Counted from the stretch's first letter, positions 50,304 through 61,293 are shown. The stretch is DNA of 64,000 nt from Hyphomicrobiales bacterium (GCA_039973685.1 JBDWKL010000043.1:207749-271748); one strand, 5' to 3'. Program-made: numbers and translations. Notes: a model not told the origin generated them from the letters alone.

Positions 50304-51110
50304 TTATTCTATATCTATCGCTGCACTTAGCGCGGCTTTCAAGGGTTCTTGTACTAATTTCCCACTTGAAAGCAACCATTGGTGGCGAGTTTTCGTTTTA
50401 TTGTAAACCAAACGATGCCCGTTTAAGTCGGTAAACTGGCCGCCAGCTTCAGTTAAAATCAAATCAGCCGCTGCAATATCCCAATCGCAAGCACCCGGAC
50501 GCGCAATACCTGCACTGTATGTGCCATCTGCAACAAGCGCGATACGGTAAGCGAGCGAAGGAATATGAGGCGCGCGCTTCATCTCTTTTTTGAGCTGTTC
50601 TTGGATGGACGTCGCAATTCTTGCTGGAATAATAAACTCCCCATCTGAAAGGCTTTCAGCTGCGGAAGCGCAAATTCGCTTACCGTTCAAAGTTGCGCCT
50701 TCACCATCGACAGCAACATAGAGCTTATCCATCACTGGGCCATAAAGGACACCAATCACAGGACAGCCTTTTTCAACAAGCGCGATAGAGACAACCCAGT
50801 TTTCTGAGCCCTCAATGAAACCGCGGGTGCCATCAATTGGATCAACGATAAACGCTTTATTGGCAGCCAGTCTGGATGGGTTATCTTCAGTTTCTTCCGA
50901 GAGCCAACCATAAGATGGGCGGGCTGTAAGGAGGGTATCGCGTAGATAGTTATCTATTGCGATATCAGCTTCAGTAACTGGCGAATCTCCACTCTTAGTC
51001 CACGTGTCAGGGTTCTTCTTAAAATATTTAAGCCCAATTTCACCGGCAGCTTTTGCTGCATCTATTATTAGTTTGAGGTCGTCCAAAATTTCAGTCTCCA
51101 TGGGCCCCAT
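50304..51110 (-). CDS. Inositol monophosphatase / 3'(2'),5'-bisphosphate nucleotidase family protein
   Basis: It has the WLSEETED, VDPIDGT and WD.AA motifs. Confidence 0.9.
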   Translation of the reverse strand: MGPMETEILDDLKLIIDAAKAAGEIGLKYFKKNPDTWTKSGDSPVTEADIAIDNYLRDTLLTARPSYGWLSEETEDNPSRLAANKAFIVDPIDGTRGFIEGSENWVVSIALVEKGCPVIGVLYGPVMDKLYVAVDGEGATLNGKRICASAAESLSDGEFIIPARIATSIQEQLKKEMKRAPHIPSLAYRIALVADGTYSAGIARPGACDWDIAAADLILTEAGGQFTDLNGHRLVYNKTKTRHQWLLSSGKLVQEPLKAALSAAIDIE

Positions 51111-51150
51111 GATAACCTAAGGGAATCACGGTGATTTGACTTACTAGCAC

Positions 51151-52497
51151 CTAAAGACCAGCGACAGCCATGTTTTCAACCAAAATACTAGGTGCGTTTG
51201 TGGAGAACCTATATTCAAGGTCACTTGCAGGGATCATCCGAGCGAACATATCGCGCAAGTTGCCAGCAATTGTAATCTCACTAACAGGATAAGCGATCTC
51301 GCCATTTTCTATCCAGAAACCAGAAGCCCCTCGGCTATAATCACCTGTAACCAAACTAACGCCTGATCCAATCAGCTCATTGATGTAAAGACCTTCGCCA
51401 ATATCCTTCATCATCTCCTCAGGCGATTTCTCGCCAGCAAGAAGGGTCAGGTTTGTTCGGCTAGGCGATGGGTTAGAACCACCACGGGATGCGCGGCCAT
51501 TTGTTTCTAACGATAATTCACGCGCTGTTGCTGTATCTAAGAACCAGCTTTGCAATACACCATCCTTCACCATATCCATAGCTGAAGAAGCAACGCCCTC
51601 CCCATCAAATGGTCGAGAAGCGAGGCCACGTTTTCTTAATGGGTCATCCGTGATTGTGATGTTTGGAGAAAAGATCGCATTGCCCATATCATCTCGTAGG
51701 AAACTGGTTTTGCGGGCAATAGACGCACCGTTGATCGCACCTGAGAGATGGCCAATTAATCCGGTAGAAATACGCGGGTCATAAATGACCGGCAAGGTTT
51801 GTGTTTTCACCTTACGCGGGTTCAAGCGTTTCACCGTCTTTTCACCAGCGCTTCGACCAATATCGGCTGGCGCGTCTAAGTCTTCTAGAAAACGGCGAGC
51901 GTCATAATCATAATCACGCTCCATGCCAGTTCCCTCGCCTGCAATGAGTGAGACAGACGTTGAAAAACTGGAAGAGCGATAAGAACCACAGAACCCGTGT
52001 GATGTGATCAGCACCATGCCGCCTGATCCCCATGCAGCACCGGCACCGCCTGAATTGGTTACCCCTTTAACAGCCAAGCCTGCTTCTTCAGTCTCCCGCG
52101 CCATCTCAGTCAACTGAGCGGCTCCGATTTCTGTTTCATCAAACAGTTCAAGGTCTGGGAAATCCGTTGCTAAGCGATCGCTGTCAGCCAAGCTGGCGAA
52201 TGGGTCTTCAGGGGCGACTTTAGCCATTGCAACTGCACGTTCTGCCAGTGCATCAACAGAACCACTATCATTGGCGGAGATTGACGCAATTTTCTTGCCC
52301 ACGAAAACCCGCAATGAAAAGCCATCATTTTCTGACCGCGTGGTATTTTCAACTTGTCCCTGACGTACATCAACATCGAGAGACTGCGCTGAGATAACCA
52401 CAGCATCAGCAGCATCAGCCCCTGCTTTCTTCGCGGCTTCCACAAGCGCGGACGCGCGATCAATTAAATCTTGGGCATTATCGGGGCTGCTCATCAA
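51151..52497 (-). CDS. pmbA: TldE/PmbA metalloprotease partner protein
   Basis: It shows full-length PmbA_TldD family similarity, and its TGDYSRGASGFWIENGEI C-terminal motif is typical of that family. Confidence 0.9.
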   Translation of the reverse strand: MMSSPDNAQDLIDRASALVEAAKKAGADAADAVVISAQSLDVDVRQGQVENTTRSENDGFSLRVFVGKKIASISANDSGSVDALAERAVAMAKVAPEDPFASLADSDRLATDFPDLELFDETEIGAAQLTEMARETEEAGLAVKGVTNSGGAGAAWGSGGMVLITSHGFCGSYRSSSFSTSVSLIAGEGTGMERDYDYDARRFLEDLDAPADIGRSAGEKTVKRLNPRKVKTQTLPVIYDPRISTGLIGHLSGAINGASIARKTSFLRDDMGNAIFSPNITITDDPLRKRGLASRPFDGEGVASSAMDMVKDGVLQSWFLDTATARELSLETNGRASRGGSNPSPSRTNLTLLAGEKSPEEMMKDIGEGLYINELIGSGVSLVTGDYSRGASGFWIENGEIAYPVSEITIAGNLRDMFARMIPASDLEYRFSTNAPSILVENMAVAGL

Positions 52498-52603
52498 ATA
52501 ACCTCATCAAATCAGTGAATAGACTGTTCATAGCCGTTGTTTCGCCATGTACTTAACCCAACTACATACTTAGGTATATAAGGAAGTGAAGCAAGGGAAC
52601 AAT

Positions 52604-54466
52604 ATGGCAGTAGAACCAGCGGCAACAACAACACAATTGCTGGAAACAACAACGCTACCTCTGACTGTGCAAGTAATTATCTTACTTGGCGCGGCCCTTT
52701 TGTTTGCGCCTATTTTCAAAAAGCTTGGACTTGGCACCGTGCTTGGCTATTTGGCCGCTGGTACCGTGCTTGGCGCGCTGCCCTTTAAAGTGAGCGACGG
52801 TGATGCGCTGCTGCATTTTGCTGAACTGGGTATTGTCTTTTTGCTTTTCATCATCGGCTTAGAACTCAAACCATCACGGTTGTGGGCTTTACGTCATGGG
52901 ATTTTTGGGATCGGCTTTTTACAGGTGGCTGTGAGCGCGATTGTATTAGGTGCCATCTGTCTGCTACTCGATTTCACATGGCAGATAAGCCTGTTAATTG
53001 GCGTCGGCCTAGCGCAATCATCCACCGCATTTGCGATGCAAATATTGGCTGAAGGCGATGAATTGAACACGCGTAACGGGCAAAGCACGTTTTCGATCGT
53101 TCTATTTCAAGACATTGCCATCGTTCCGATCCTCGCCGTCATTCCGTTTTTAGTGCCTGAACTTTTCAAAGAGATTGTCGGCACACCCGTTGCAGCCCCA
53201 ACATGGACAGATGCTCTTGAAGTTTTTGGCGTTGGTGCTGGATTGATTCTGATTGGCCGATACTGCCTCAACCCACTGTTTCGCGTGATTGCAAATACCG
53301 GCGCACGTGAAATGATGATTGTCGTCGCGCTCTTCGTCGTTTTAGGCGCTGGCTTTGCGACAGAACAAATTGGTCTCTCAATGGCAATGGGCGCTTTTTT
53401 AGCTGGCGTCATGCTGGCAGATTCGTCTTATCGCCATGAGTTAGAAGCCAATATCGAACCGTTCCGTGGCTTATTACTTGGCCTCTTCTTTATGGCGGTC
53501 GGATTGTCGCTTGATCTCAAGGTAGTTGCAGACAACTGGCTCACCATCCTTATTGCAGCACCTATGATTATGCTCATTAAAGCAGCGATCATTTACCTCA
53601 TATTTCGCGCCTTCAAACGGTCGCATAATGAAGCCATCCGCGTTGCCTCTCTCTTGCCACAGGTGGGCGAGTTCGCGTTTGTCATCTTCTCAACAGCCGT
53701 CGCAGCTTTTGTGGTGAGCACCAATTTAGCGTCCATCATCACGGCCATCGTAACCGTAACAATGGCCCTCACGCCGTTGTTTGCCAAACTTGGTGACCGA
53801 TTGATCGTTCACGCTAAAGAAGATGAAATCGAAGAAGATTTCGAAGGAGCCAATGGCTCAGTTCTCGTCATTGGTTTTGGTCGGTTTGGACAAATCGTCT
53901 CGCAATCCCTGCTTGCTGAAGGTATTCCAACCACCGTTATTGACCATAGTGCAGAGCGCATTCGAAGTGCGGCAAAATTCGGTTTTCGGGTTTATTATGG
54001 CGAAGGCCGTCGCATTGATGTATTGCGAGCAGCAGGCATTGAACGCGCGCGGATTGTGGCCGTTTGTGCCGATACAGCTGACCGTACCTCTGAGATTATT
54101 GATCTGATCCGCAATCATTATCCAGATATCAAAATCTATGTCCGTGCCTATGACCGTATCCACGCCTTAGAACTAACGAACAAGGAAATTGATTTTCAAG
54201 TTCGCGAAATATTTGAATCTGCTCTTGTTATGGGCCGCGCCTTGTTGGACGGGATGGACGTGCCACCCGAACGGGTTGACTATGTTATCGAAGATGTCAG
54301 AAAGCGCGATCTTGGACGACTGCAACTACAGCAAGTCAAAGGGGTTTTTGCTGGCAAGGACAAGCTATACGGCAATAATGTTGAACCGGAACCTTTGAAC
54401 GAACCAACGACACAGGCAAAAATGCTGTCGGAAGAGACTGAAAAAATCGCAAACAAAGATAGTTAG
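52604..54466 (+). CDS. CPA2 monovalent cation:proton antiporter with RCK/TrkA-N domain (KefB/KefC-like)
   Basis: It has a Na_H exchanger membrane domain, then the Rossmann motif VLVIGFGRFGQ. The ATG at 52604 is preceded by AAGGGAA. Confidence 0.9.
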   Translation: MAVEPAATTTQLLETTTLPLTVQVIILLGAALLFAPIFKKLGLGTVLGYLAAGTVLGALPFKVSDGDALLHFAELGIVFLLFIIGLELKPSRLWALRHGIFGIGFLQVAVSAIVLGAICLLLDFTWQISLLIGVGLAQSSTAFAMQILAEGDELNTRNGQSTFSIVLFQDIAIVPILAVIPFLVPELFKEIVGTPVAAPTWTDALEVFGVGAGLILIGRYCLNPLFRVIANTGAREMMIVVALFVVLGAGFATEQIGLSMAMGAFLAGVMLADSSYRHELEANIEPFRGLLLGLFFMAVGLSLDLKVVADNWLTILIAAPMIMLIKAAIIYLIFRAFKRSHNEAIRVASLLPQVGEFAFVIFSTAVAAFVVSTNLASIITAIVTVTMALTPLFAKLGDRLIVHAKEDEIEEDFEGANGSVLVIGFGRFGQIVSQSLLAEGIPTTVIDHSAERIRSAAKFGFRVYYGEGRRIDVLRAAGIERARIVAVCADTADRTSEIIDLIRNHYPDIKIYVRAYDRIHALELTNKEIDFQVREIFESALVMGRALLDGMDVPPERVDYVIEDVRKRDLGRLQLQQVKGVFAGKDKLYGNNVEPEPLNEPTTQAKMLSEETEKIANKDS

Positions 54467-54474
54467 CTCCCACT

Positions 54475-55908
54475 TTGACAACGAAAACCACATCTAACGC
54501 ATCAACCGACCCGAAATTCGCAAGCGGGTCGATCTTTAAGCACATCGTGGTGATGACGGGCACGGCGTCTGTTGGGTTGGTTTCAATTTTCCTCGTTGAT
54601 TTTGCTAATCTGTTTTATATCTCAATGCTCGGGCAAAGCGAGCTTGCGGCGGCCATTGGTTATGCAAGCACGCTGTTGTTTTTTACAATCTCTATCAGCA
54701 TTGGCGTAATGATTGCGGCCATTGCACTGGTTTCAAAAGCCATCGGCAAAGGCGAAAGAGAGCGCGCGCGTGAACTCTCAGGGTCTTCCTTGATTTTCGT
54801 TCTGCTTATCACAATTATCATGGCGACTGTCGCTTTCCCCTTTATTACCCCCATTGTCGAATTAATCGGGGCAAAAGGAGAAACTGCCGAAATCACCGTC
54901 AAATTCTTGCAAGTCGTCATCCCTTCAATGCCACTGATGGGCATTGGCATGTGCACATCTGGCTTGTTGCGGTCGGTGGGGGATGCAAAACGTGCGATGT
55001 ATGTAACCCTTGGCAGCGGCATAATTGCTGCAATCCTTGATCCGCTTTTCATCTTCACTTTTGACCTTGGTATCCAGGGTGCTGCTTATGTCATGGTGAT
55101 TGCGCGATTAGGAACGGTTTTGATCGGGCTTTATTGCGTTATCAAAGTCCATGATCTGATTACGATCCCTTCGCCCAAGGTATTCATCTCAGACGTGAAT
55201 GAGCTGAAAGATGTGGCTGTGCCTGCCGTTTTAACAAACATCGCCACACCAGTTGGCAATGCTTATGTTACCAGCTCAATCGCTCCTTATGGTGATGAAG
55301 CCGTTGCTGGTTGGGCAATCATTGGGCGACTTATTCCTGTGGCATTTGGTTTTATCTTTGCGCTGTCAGGTGCCATCGGCCCCATCATCGGGCAGAACTA
55401 CGGCGCGGGGATATATGACCGTGTTAGGGAGACTGTCAAAAAATCGCTGATTGTAACAGCCGTTTATACCGGCGCTGTTTGGCTGCTTGTCTTCTTGCTT
55501 CGCGACGTGATCATTGAGCAATTCAACGCAACAGGAGAAACAGCATCCTTGGTTGCCTTCTTTATCAATTTGGTTATCGCAACATTCCTGTTTAACTCGA
55601 TGATGTTCGTTGCAAATGCGGCTTTCAACAATCTTGGATTTGCGACTTACTCAACCATGCTAAACTGGGCTAAGGCGACGATCGGCACAGTTCCGTTTGT
55701 TTGGGTTGGCGCCTCAGTGGCTGGTGCTCACGGAGTGGTTGCGGGCTGGGGTTTGGGGGCTGTTGCCTTTGGCATTTTGGCGATTGTATCCTGCTTGCGC
55801 GTGGTCAATAAACTAGATGGTGATCCGCCAAAAGGCGATCTACCGCCTCCCCTATGGCGGGCTGCTCTATCTGCTTTTTCATCGGGTAAAGGTGCTAATA
55901 TTCAATAG
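54475..55908 (+). CDS. MATE family efflux transporter
   Basis: It has 12 TM helices with an internal duplication and MATE-like composition. The start codon is TTG. Confidence 0.82.
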   Translation: MTTKTTSNASTDPKFASGSIFKHIVVMTGTASVGLVSIFLVDFANLFYISMLGQSELAAAIGYASTLLFFTISISIGVMIAAIALVSKAIGKGERERARELSGSSLIFVLLITIIMATVAFPFITPIVELIGAKGETAEITVKFLQVVIPSMPLMGIGMCTSGLLRSVGDAKRAMYVTLGSGIIAAILDPLFIFTFDLGIQGAAYVMVIARLGTVLIGLYCVIKVHDLITIPSPKVFISDVNELKDVAVPAVLTNIATPVGNAYVTSSIAPYGDEAVAGWAIIGRLIPVAFGFIFALSGAIGPIIGQNYGAGIYDRVRETVKKSLIVTAVYTGAVWLLVFLLRDVIIEQFNATGETASLVAFFINLVIATFLFNSMMFVANAAFNNLGFATYSTMLNWAKATIGTVPFVWVGASVAGAHGVVAGWGLGAVAFGILAIVSCLRVVNKLDGDPPKGDLPPPLWRAALSAFSSGKGANIQ

Positions 55909-55910
55909 GC

Positions 55911-56753
55911 TCACGCCTTTGAAAGCGCCGTATCAATCTGCTGTTTGATCTCATCTTTCTTTTGATCACAAAGCCTCAAAATCGTGCTCGATTTTAAGAA
56001 GTCCATCACACCAAAAGAATTAATCGGCGGTCTAATCAGCACATCAGGCGGTGTCAATCTAGCCAGTTTTTCTTGCGTGATCGCCTGCATCATAATCTGG
56101 TTTGCACCCAGCATGGTTTCAAAGCCTGAAGGCATTTCGTGCCCCGTTGGATCAGGTCCGCCAACCACATCAACAGCAATCACACGATCCATTGGTTCTA
56201 CGAATTGATCAAAAGGGAGCGGATTGGCAATATTGCCATCAATCAAAATGCGGCCATCAATTGCAACCGGTTTGAACACCATAGGAATCGCAATAGAAGC
56301 ACCAACCGCTTGGCGCAAATTGCCTTTGCGGTAGACCACGTCATCGCCTGCATAAAAATCAGTGGCGACCACTGAAAGCGTTGTTTCCAAATCTTCGATA
56401 TTTTCAGGAAACTCGTCAACGGGCGTGAAAGTAGACAGAATTTTTTCTGGATTGAACTGACCTAAGGAATAAGATTCCGGCTTAAACCAATCTTGCAGCG
56501 AGGATGGGCGCAAATCCCACAGGTTGCTGAGCACCTTGGCGCGATCATCAAATGTCGACAAGACATAGCGTCGCAAATCGCGCCCACTCATACCCGCCGC
56601 ATAACCCATTCCAATCAATGCACCGATGGAGCTTCCGGTTATCTCGTCGATCTTGATGCCTAATTCGTCAATTGCTTCCAGCACAACAACATGACCAATG
56701 CCACGCGCGCCACCGCCACCAAGGCTCAGACCAATTTTCGTATTTTCTGACAT
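55911..56753 (-). CDS. Patatin-like phospholipase
   Basis: It has the oxyanion GGGGARG motif, the nucleophile elbow GSSIG and a DG(N) catalytic Asp motif. Confidence 0.9.
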   Translation of the reverse strand: MSENTKIGLSLGGGGARGIGHVVVLEAIDELGIKIDEITGSSIGALIGMGYAAGMSGRDLRRYVLSTFDDRAKVLSNLWDLRPSSLQDWFKPESYSLGQFNPEKILSTFTPVDEFPENIEDLETTLSVVATDFYAGDDVVYRKGNLRQAVGASIAIPMVFKPVAIDGRILIDGNIANPLPFDQFVEPMDRVIAVDVVGGPDPTGHEMPSGFETMLGANQIMMQAITQEKLARLTPPDVLIRPPINSFGVMDFLKSSTILRLCDQKKDEIKQQIDTALSKA

Positions 56754-56781
56754 CTCGCCCTCAATTTTCGCGCCTTAAGCT

Positions 56782-58089
56782 CTAGCCTTCTTTTTCAGCA
56801 GGCCCCACACGCAACAAGGTGTAGGTACCATCGCCCAAAAGACGCTTTGCAGCAGCCTTTGCTTCATCCAACGTCACGCCATTAATCGCGTCTGCTCTGA
56901 TCTCGATATAATTACTTGGCAGACCTGCTGCTTGGATCGATGTGAGCGTGCCTGCAATATCGCTAGAGCCATCAAAGTTAAGCGCGTAAACGCCAATCGT
57001 ATAGCTCTTTGCAAGGGCCAGCTCTTCTTCGCTCGGCCCCTCATCTGCCATGCGCTTTAGTTCAGCAAGCATTACTTCCAGCGTTTCATCAGCAAAGTCT
57101 GCCCGTGTTGCAACAGAGGCTGTAAACAAGCTGACGGCTTCATGGTTTGAGATGCCTGAACTAATGCCATAAGCAAGCCCGCGCTTTTCGCGCACTTCCA
57201 ATGACAGACGCGAACTAAGGCCCGAACCACCTAAAATCTGGTTCACCAAATAAGCTGCAAAATAATCATCATCAAGCCGATCAATACCCTTACCAATCAG
57301 CGTGTAACGGGTTTGTGGTAGTGGCGCATCAACGGAAATTTTCTCGCCGACTTTAGGTTCTATTTTCGGCACATTGATCAAATCAGCTTTTTCGCGAAGC
57401 GAGCCAAAGAGCACATCAATCCGCGCCTTTGCTTCTTCCGCAGTTATGGCACCGACGATAGAAATGATCACATTGTCACGACCTAAAATACGTTTTTTCA
57501 AAGCCCGCATATCTTCAGCCGTAACGGACAGAACGCTTTCTTCTGTGCCATTGCTCGTGCGGATATAAGGATGCTCTGCCGGATAAACAGCCTTGCGCAA
57601 TGCTTTGGAGGCTTTGCTGTTTGGATTGTTCGCCTCAGAGCGGATGCCAGACAGAATTTGGTCGCGAATTCGGTTCATCGGCTTTTCATCAAAGCGCGAT
57701 TCATAAAGGGCTACTTGCAACATTTCGAAAGCATCATCAGCATTTTCGCTCAAGGTGCGAAGCGAACCCCTGAAATAATCGCGGCTAGCACTAAAGGACA
57801 TACGCGCTGCAAGGTCTTCCAACCGATCTTGAAAGGCCACCGCATCCAAATCGCCAGCGCCTTCATCGAGAAGAGCGCTCATCAAGTTCAAGGCACCTGA
57901 TTTACCCTCAGGGTCTTGCGATGTACCGCTTTTAAAAGAAAAAGACAGCGTGATGATAGGCAATGAATGGTCTTCAACAAGAAGAACTTTCAAGCCCTTG
58001 TCGCTCTTCAGTTCTTGGATATCCAAGGCATTGGCTGAAAGAGTGAAAACTGAAAAGAAAAAGGCGAAAACGGTCAATATACGGAGCAT
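56782..58089 (-). CDS. M16 family peptidase-like protein, non-catalytic subunit type
   Basis: It has a signal peptide and the M16 fold, but the HxxEH position is degenerate (ALNLMSALLDEG). Confidence 0.85.
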   Translation of the reverse strand: MLRILTVFAFFFSVFTLSANALDIQELKSDKGLKVLLVEDHSLPIITLSFSFKSGTSQDPEGKSGALNLMSALLDEGAGDLDAVAFQDRLEDLAARMSFSASRDYFRGSLRTLSENADDAFEMLQVALYESRFDEKPMNRIRDQILSGIRSEANNPNSKASKALRKAVYPAEHPYIRTSNGTEESVLSVTAEDMRALKKRILGRDNVIISIVGAITAEEAKARIDVLFGSLREKADLINVPKIEPKVGEKISVDAPLPQTRYTLIGKGIDRLDDDYFAAYLVNQILGGSGLSSRLSLEVREKRGLAYGISSGISNHEAVSLFTASVATRADFADETLEVMLAELKRMADEGPSEEELALAKSYTIGVYALNFDGSSDIAGTLTSIQAAGLPSNYIEIRADAINGVTLDEAKAAAKRLLGDGTYTLLRVGPAEKEG

Positions 58090-58103
58090 GGAGCTACCTC
58101 TTT

Positions 58104-59504
58104 CTAAGATGGGTCTTTGTCAGCTTTAAGCGGGCGGCGTAAATGGCCGATCACCGCTTTTTCCGGATTGAAATAGGTGGCGGCAGCTTCCTTGATGTCC
58201 TCAACGCTCACGCTACGAATACGGTCTGGCCATGAACGAATGTCTGCCAAGGTACTATCAACAGAGAGCGTGCGTCCCATCAAGTTCGCCAAGCCGCTAG
58301 CGCTGTCTTGCGCATAGATCGTGCTGGCAAACAAACGATTGCGGGCGCGTTGAAGTTCTTTTTCCGTCACGCCTTCTTTGGCAACCCTCTTGATTTCATC
58401 AAGCAGTTGTTTTTCCATCTCTTCCAGCGTCACATCACCCTTCGGCGTACCGTAAAGAGTAAAAGAGCTGTCATCCAGTGCGGAGGCACCTGAATAAGCA
58501 CCGGCTGACGTGGCGATTTGGCGATCCACAACGAAGGATTTGTAAATCCGGCTTCTGGTCGTCCCGCTTAAAACTTCACTCAGAAGATAAAGCGCTTCTG
58601 ATGTTCCAGCTTTGCCCGTTCTAAACGATGGTACCCGAAACAGAATGGAGACGCTTTCATTGGTGATGCGCGGATCGCGCACGGTGATGAGTTGACGCAT
58701 CAACAAATCATCTGGTTCAATTGGGCGAACACGTTTGGCAGCGGGCGCGCGGTTTTCTAGGACGCCATAATATTTCTGCGCCATTGCCTGCACTTCTTCA
58801 ACGCTAACATTGCCGCTCACCACCAAAATCGCATTGGCGGGCGTATAATATTTCTCGTAAAAAGCAAACGCGTCCTTTTGGTTTAAAACCTCAAGTTCAT
58901 GGCGCCAGCCGATGATTGGGCGGCGATAAGGGTGGTTTTTATAAAGGGCCAAATCCATTGCGGCAGACAGTTGAGAGCCAGGTCTTGATTCAATACCGCG
59001 CGCACGTTCTTCCAAAACTACTTTGCGCTCCACATCAACATCTTCTTCAGTGAAACGAACATTCATCATCCGGTCCGCTTCAATATCCATCATCAATGGT
59101 AAATGCTCGCGGGTTATTTTTTGGAAATATCCAGTGTAATCATAGCTTGTGAAAGCATTATGATTGCCCCCTACACGGCGCACGGTGGTGTCGAGTGCAT
59201 TGCCAGGATATTTCTTCGTTCCCTTAAACAGCAAATGCTCAAGAAAATGCGCGATGCCTGATTTACCAGGATCTTCATCGGCAGAACCCACTTTATACCA
59301 AACCATATGCGTGACAGCCGTTGCTCGTTGATCTGGGATCACGACCACTTCCATGCCATTTTCTAGCTTGGAGGCAACGATGTTCGGGAACAATTCGCCT
59401 TTGATAAAATCGTCTTTTTTCGATTCATCTGCAAAAGCACTGTTTAAAACGAAAAAAATTGTAACGACCAAGAAACTGGTGATTTGTGCAATTCTTATCA
59501 ACAT
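58104..59504 (-). CDS. M16 family zinc peptidase (pitrilysin-like), catalytic subunit type
   Basis: It has a signal/TM N-terminus and an intact HFLEH zinc motif. Confidence 0.9.
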   Translation of the reverse strand: MLIRIAQITSFLVVTIFFVLNSAFADESKKDDFIKGELFPNIVASKLENGMEVVVIPDQRATAVTHMVWYKVGSADEDPGKSGIAHFLEHLLFKGTKKYPGNALDTTVRRVGGNHNAFTSYDYTGYFQKITREHLPLMMDIEADRMMNVRFTEEDVDVERKVVLEERARGIESRPGSQLSAAMDLALYKNHPYRRPIIGWRHELEVLNQKDAFAFYEKYYTPANAILVVSGNVSVEEVQAMAQKYYGVLENRAPAAKRVRPIEPDDLLMRQLITVRDPRITNESVSILFRVPSFRTGKAGTSEALYLLSEVLSGTTRSRIYKSFVVDRQIATSAGAYSGASALDDSSFTLYGTPKGDVTLEEMEKQLLDEIKRVAKEGVTEKELQRARNRLFASTIYAQDSASGLANLMGRTLSVDSTLADIRSWPDRIRSVSVEDIKEAAATYFNPEKAVIGHLRRPLKADKDPS

Positions 59505-59546
59505 AGATTAGTCCCATAAACGGCGTTCCGGAAAAGGTCCGGCTTG

Positions 59547-60104
59547 CTAAGGTTGGTATGATAGAAACTTTATACGGCTTGTCCCATAGGTGCGATCATC
59601 AATTAACTGGAAATGAGCCGGAATGATGACCTCAACTTTGGTTAACTCTTCCCAAACGACGAAAGCCTCAGGCGCAAGCCATCCGCCTTCATGCAACGAT
59701 TGAAGCGCCCGCTCGCCGAGCCCTTTGTCATAAGGTGGGTCTAAAAACGCGAGATTAAAAGGGTTTATTGTGCCTCGCCCACCCAGTTTGGTGGCATCAC
59801 GGCGAAAAATTTTGGCATTTCCGTTTTGCTTGCAGCTTTCCATATTGGTGCGAACAAGCCCGCGCGCCTCAGCGCTCTCATCAAGAAAGAGCGCAAAGCT
59901 CGCGCCACGAGACAAAGCCTCCAAGCCCAAAGCGCCAGTTCCAGCGAACAGATCGATCACCCGCGCGCCTTCAAAGTCCACCTCATCACGGTGGTTTAAG
60001 ATATTAAACAAGCTTTCGCGAGAACGGTCCGTGGTGGGCCGAATACTATCCCCTTTGGGTGCGGCCAGCTTATGACCGCGAAACTTACCGCCGACGATCC
60101 GCAT
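59547..60104 (-). CDS. rsmD: 16S rRNA (guanine966-N2)-methyltransferase
   Basis: It has the canonical N-terminus [13 protein letters not shown] and the DPPY motif (FLDPPYDKG). The start at 60104 overlaps the rluB 3' end by 20 nt. Confidence 0.9.
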   Translation of the reverse strand: MRIVGGKFRGHKLAAPKGDSIRPTTDRSRESLFNILNHRDEVDFEGARVIDLFAGTGALGLEALSRGASFALFLDESAEARGLVRTNMESCKQNGNAKIFRRDATKLGGRGTINPFNLAFLDPPYDKGLGERALQSLHEGGWLAPEAFVVWEELTKVEVIIPAHFQLIDDRTYGTSRIKFLSYQP

Positions 60105-61293
60105 TGTTTCCTCGTCCAGACTTATTGGAAGAACTTGAAGGTCTTGATCTGCCGCCCGTTTTAAATCCGGTTTTGGTTTCTGTTGTCGAGCGAGACGGTT
60201 GTTCTTCATCCGAATTGCGATCTGATGCCCGCTTGATTTGTGGTTTTTTGCGGTTTTTCTTCTGCTCTTTTATATCGGCAGCTTTGCGACCACTCACCAT
60301 TTTCTCTTCGGTCCAGTGTTCTTTCACCCGACGCTTACGATCTTTTGGTGCAACTTTTTTCTTCTGCTCTGGCTTTTCTTTTTCCGCGCGCATTTCTGGC
60401 GATTCAAAATCAGCACCCGCCGCTTCAATCAAGCGAGGACCAAGCTGATCACGCAAAACATGGCGGCGCACTTCACGCACCTCGCCATCATCAAGTTCAA
60501 GAACTTGGAACGGCCCATAAGACACACGGATCAAACGGTTCACATCAAGACCCAAGTGGCCAAGAATGTGTTTCACTTCGCGGTTTTTACCCTCGCGCAA
60601 ACCAATGGTCATCCAAATATTGGTGCCTTTGTCTTGATCGAGCGTTGCTTCAATCGCGCCGTAGATCACACCTTCAATGACAATACCATCAGCGAGCTTA
60701 TCAAGATCAGCCTGCGTGACGCGGTGTTTTTGGTCTCTTGTATGCGCCCGCACACGGTAACGACGCAGCCACCCTGTTTCTGGCAATTCGAGCACGCGAG
60801 ACAGGCCACCATCATTGGTAAGCAGCATCAAGCCTTCAGTATTGATATCCAATCGGCCAACAGTCATGACACGCGGCAGATCCTTCGGGAACTTATCAAA
60901 GATCGTGGTGCGACCTTCTGGGTCCTTATTGGTTGTAACAAGACCACGTGGCTTATTGTATAGCCAAAGCCTCGTCGGCTCGCGACCGGGCAATGGGTTA
61001 CCATCCACCACGATCTGATCGCTGAGTTTCACCGTAAAGGCTGGGCTTTCTAGTTGAACGCCATTGACAACAACGCGGCCATCTTCGATCCAACGTTCTG
61101 CATCACGTCTTGAGCAGAGGCCAGCACGTGCTAAAACCTTCGCGATACGCTCTGGTTTTTCTCCCAAATCGGCAACAGTATTCACTTCCGGTTCGCCTAT
61201 CGCGCGCGGAGTTTTACCCATTCCTTTTTTAGGGGATTGAGGTCTGCGCTTATTTGGGCTTTTTTTGTTTTGCTTATCCATGCCAAAGGGCAT
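60085..61293 (-). CDS. rluB: Pseudouridine synthase (RluB/RsuA family) with a long basic C-terminal tail
   Basis: It has an S4 domain ([18 protein letters not shown]) and the catalytic [11 protein letters not shown] motif. The C-terminal roughly 115 aa are K/R/E-rich. The start is uncertain: 61308 (GTG), 61293 or 61281. Confidence 0.88.
   Translation of the reverse strand: MPFGMDKQNKKSPNKRRPQSPKKGMGKTPRAIGEPEVNTVADLGEKPERIAKVLARAGLCSRRDAERWIEDGRVVVNGVQLESPAFTVKLSDQIVVDGNPLPGREPTRLWLYNKPRGLVTTNKDPEGRTTIFDKFPKDLPRVMTVGRLDINTEGLMLLTNDGGLSRVLELPETGWLRRYRVRAHTRDQKHRVTQADLDKLADGIVIEGVIYGAIEATLDQDKGTNIWMTIGLREGKNREVKHILGHLGLDVNRLIRVSYGPFQVLELDDGEVREVRRHVLRDQLGPRLIEAAGADFESPEMRAEKEKPEQKKKVAPKDRKRRVKEHWTEEKMVSGRKAADIKEQKKNRKKPQIKRASDRNSDEEQPSRSTTETKTGFKTGGRSRPSSSSNKSGRGNNADRRR

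Noticed and set aside
60238-60963. 241-aa and 146-aa plus-strand ORFs antisense to rluB.
   Set aside because: These are shadow ORFs opposite the pseudouridine synthase gene, with nonsense-like composition (F/H/T-rich) and no motif.
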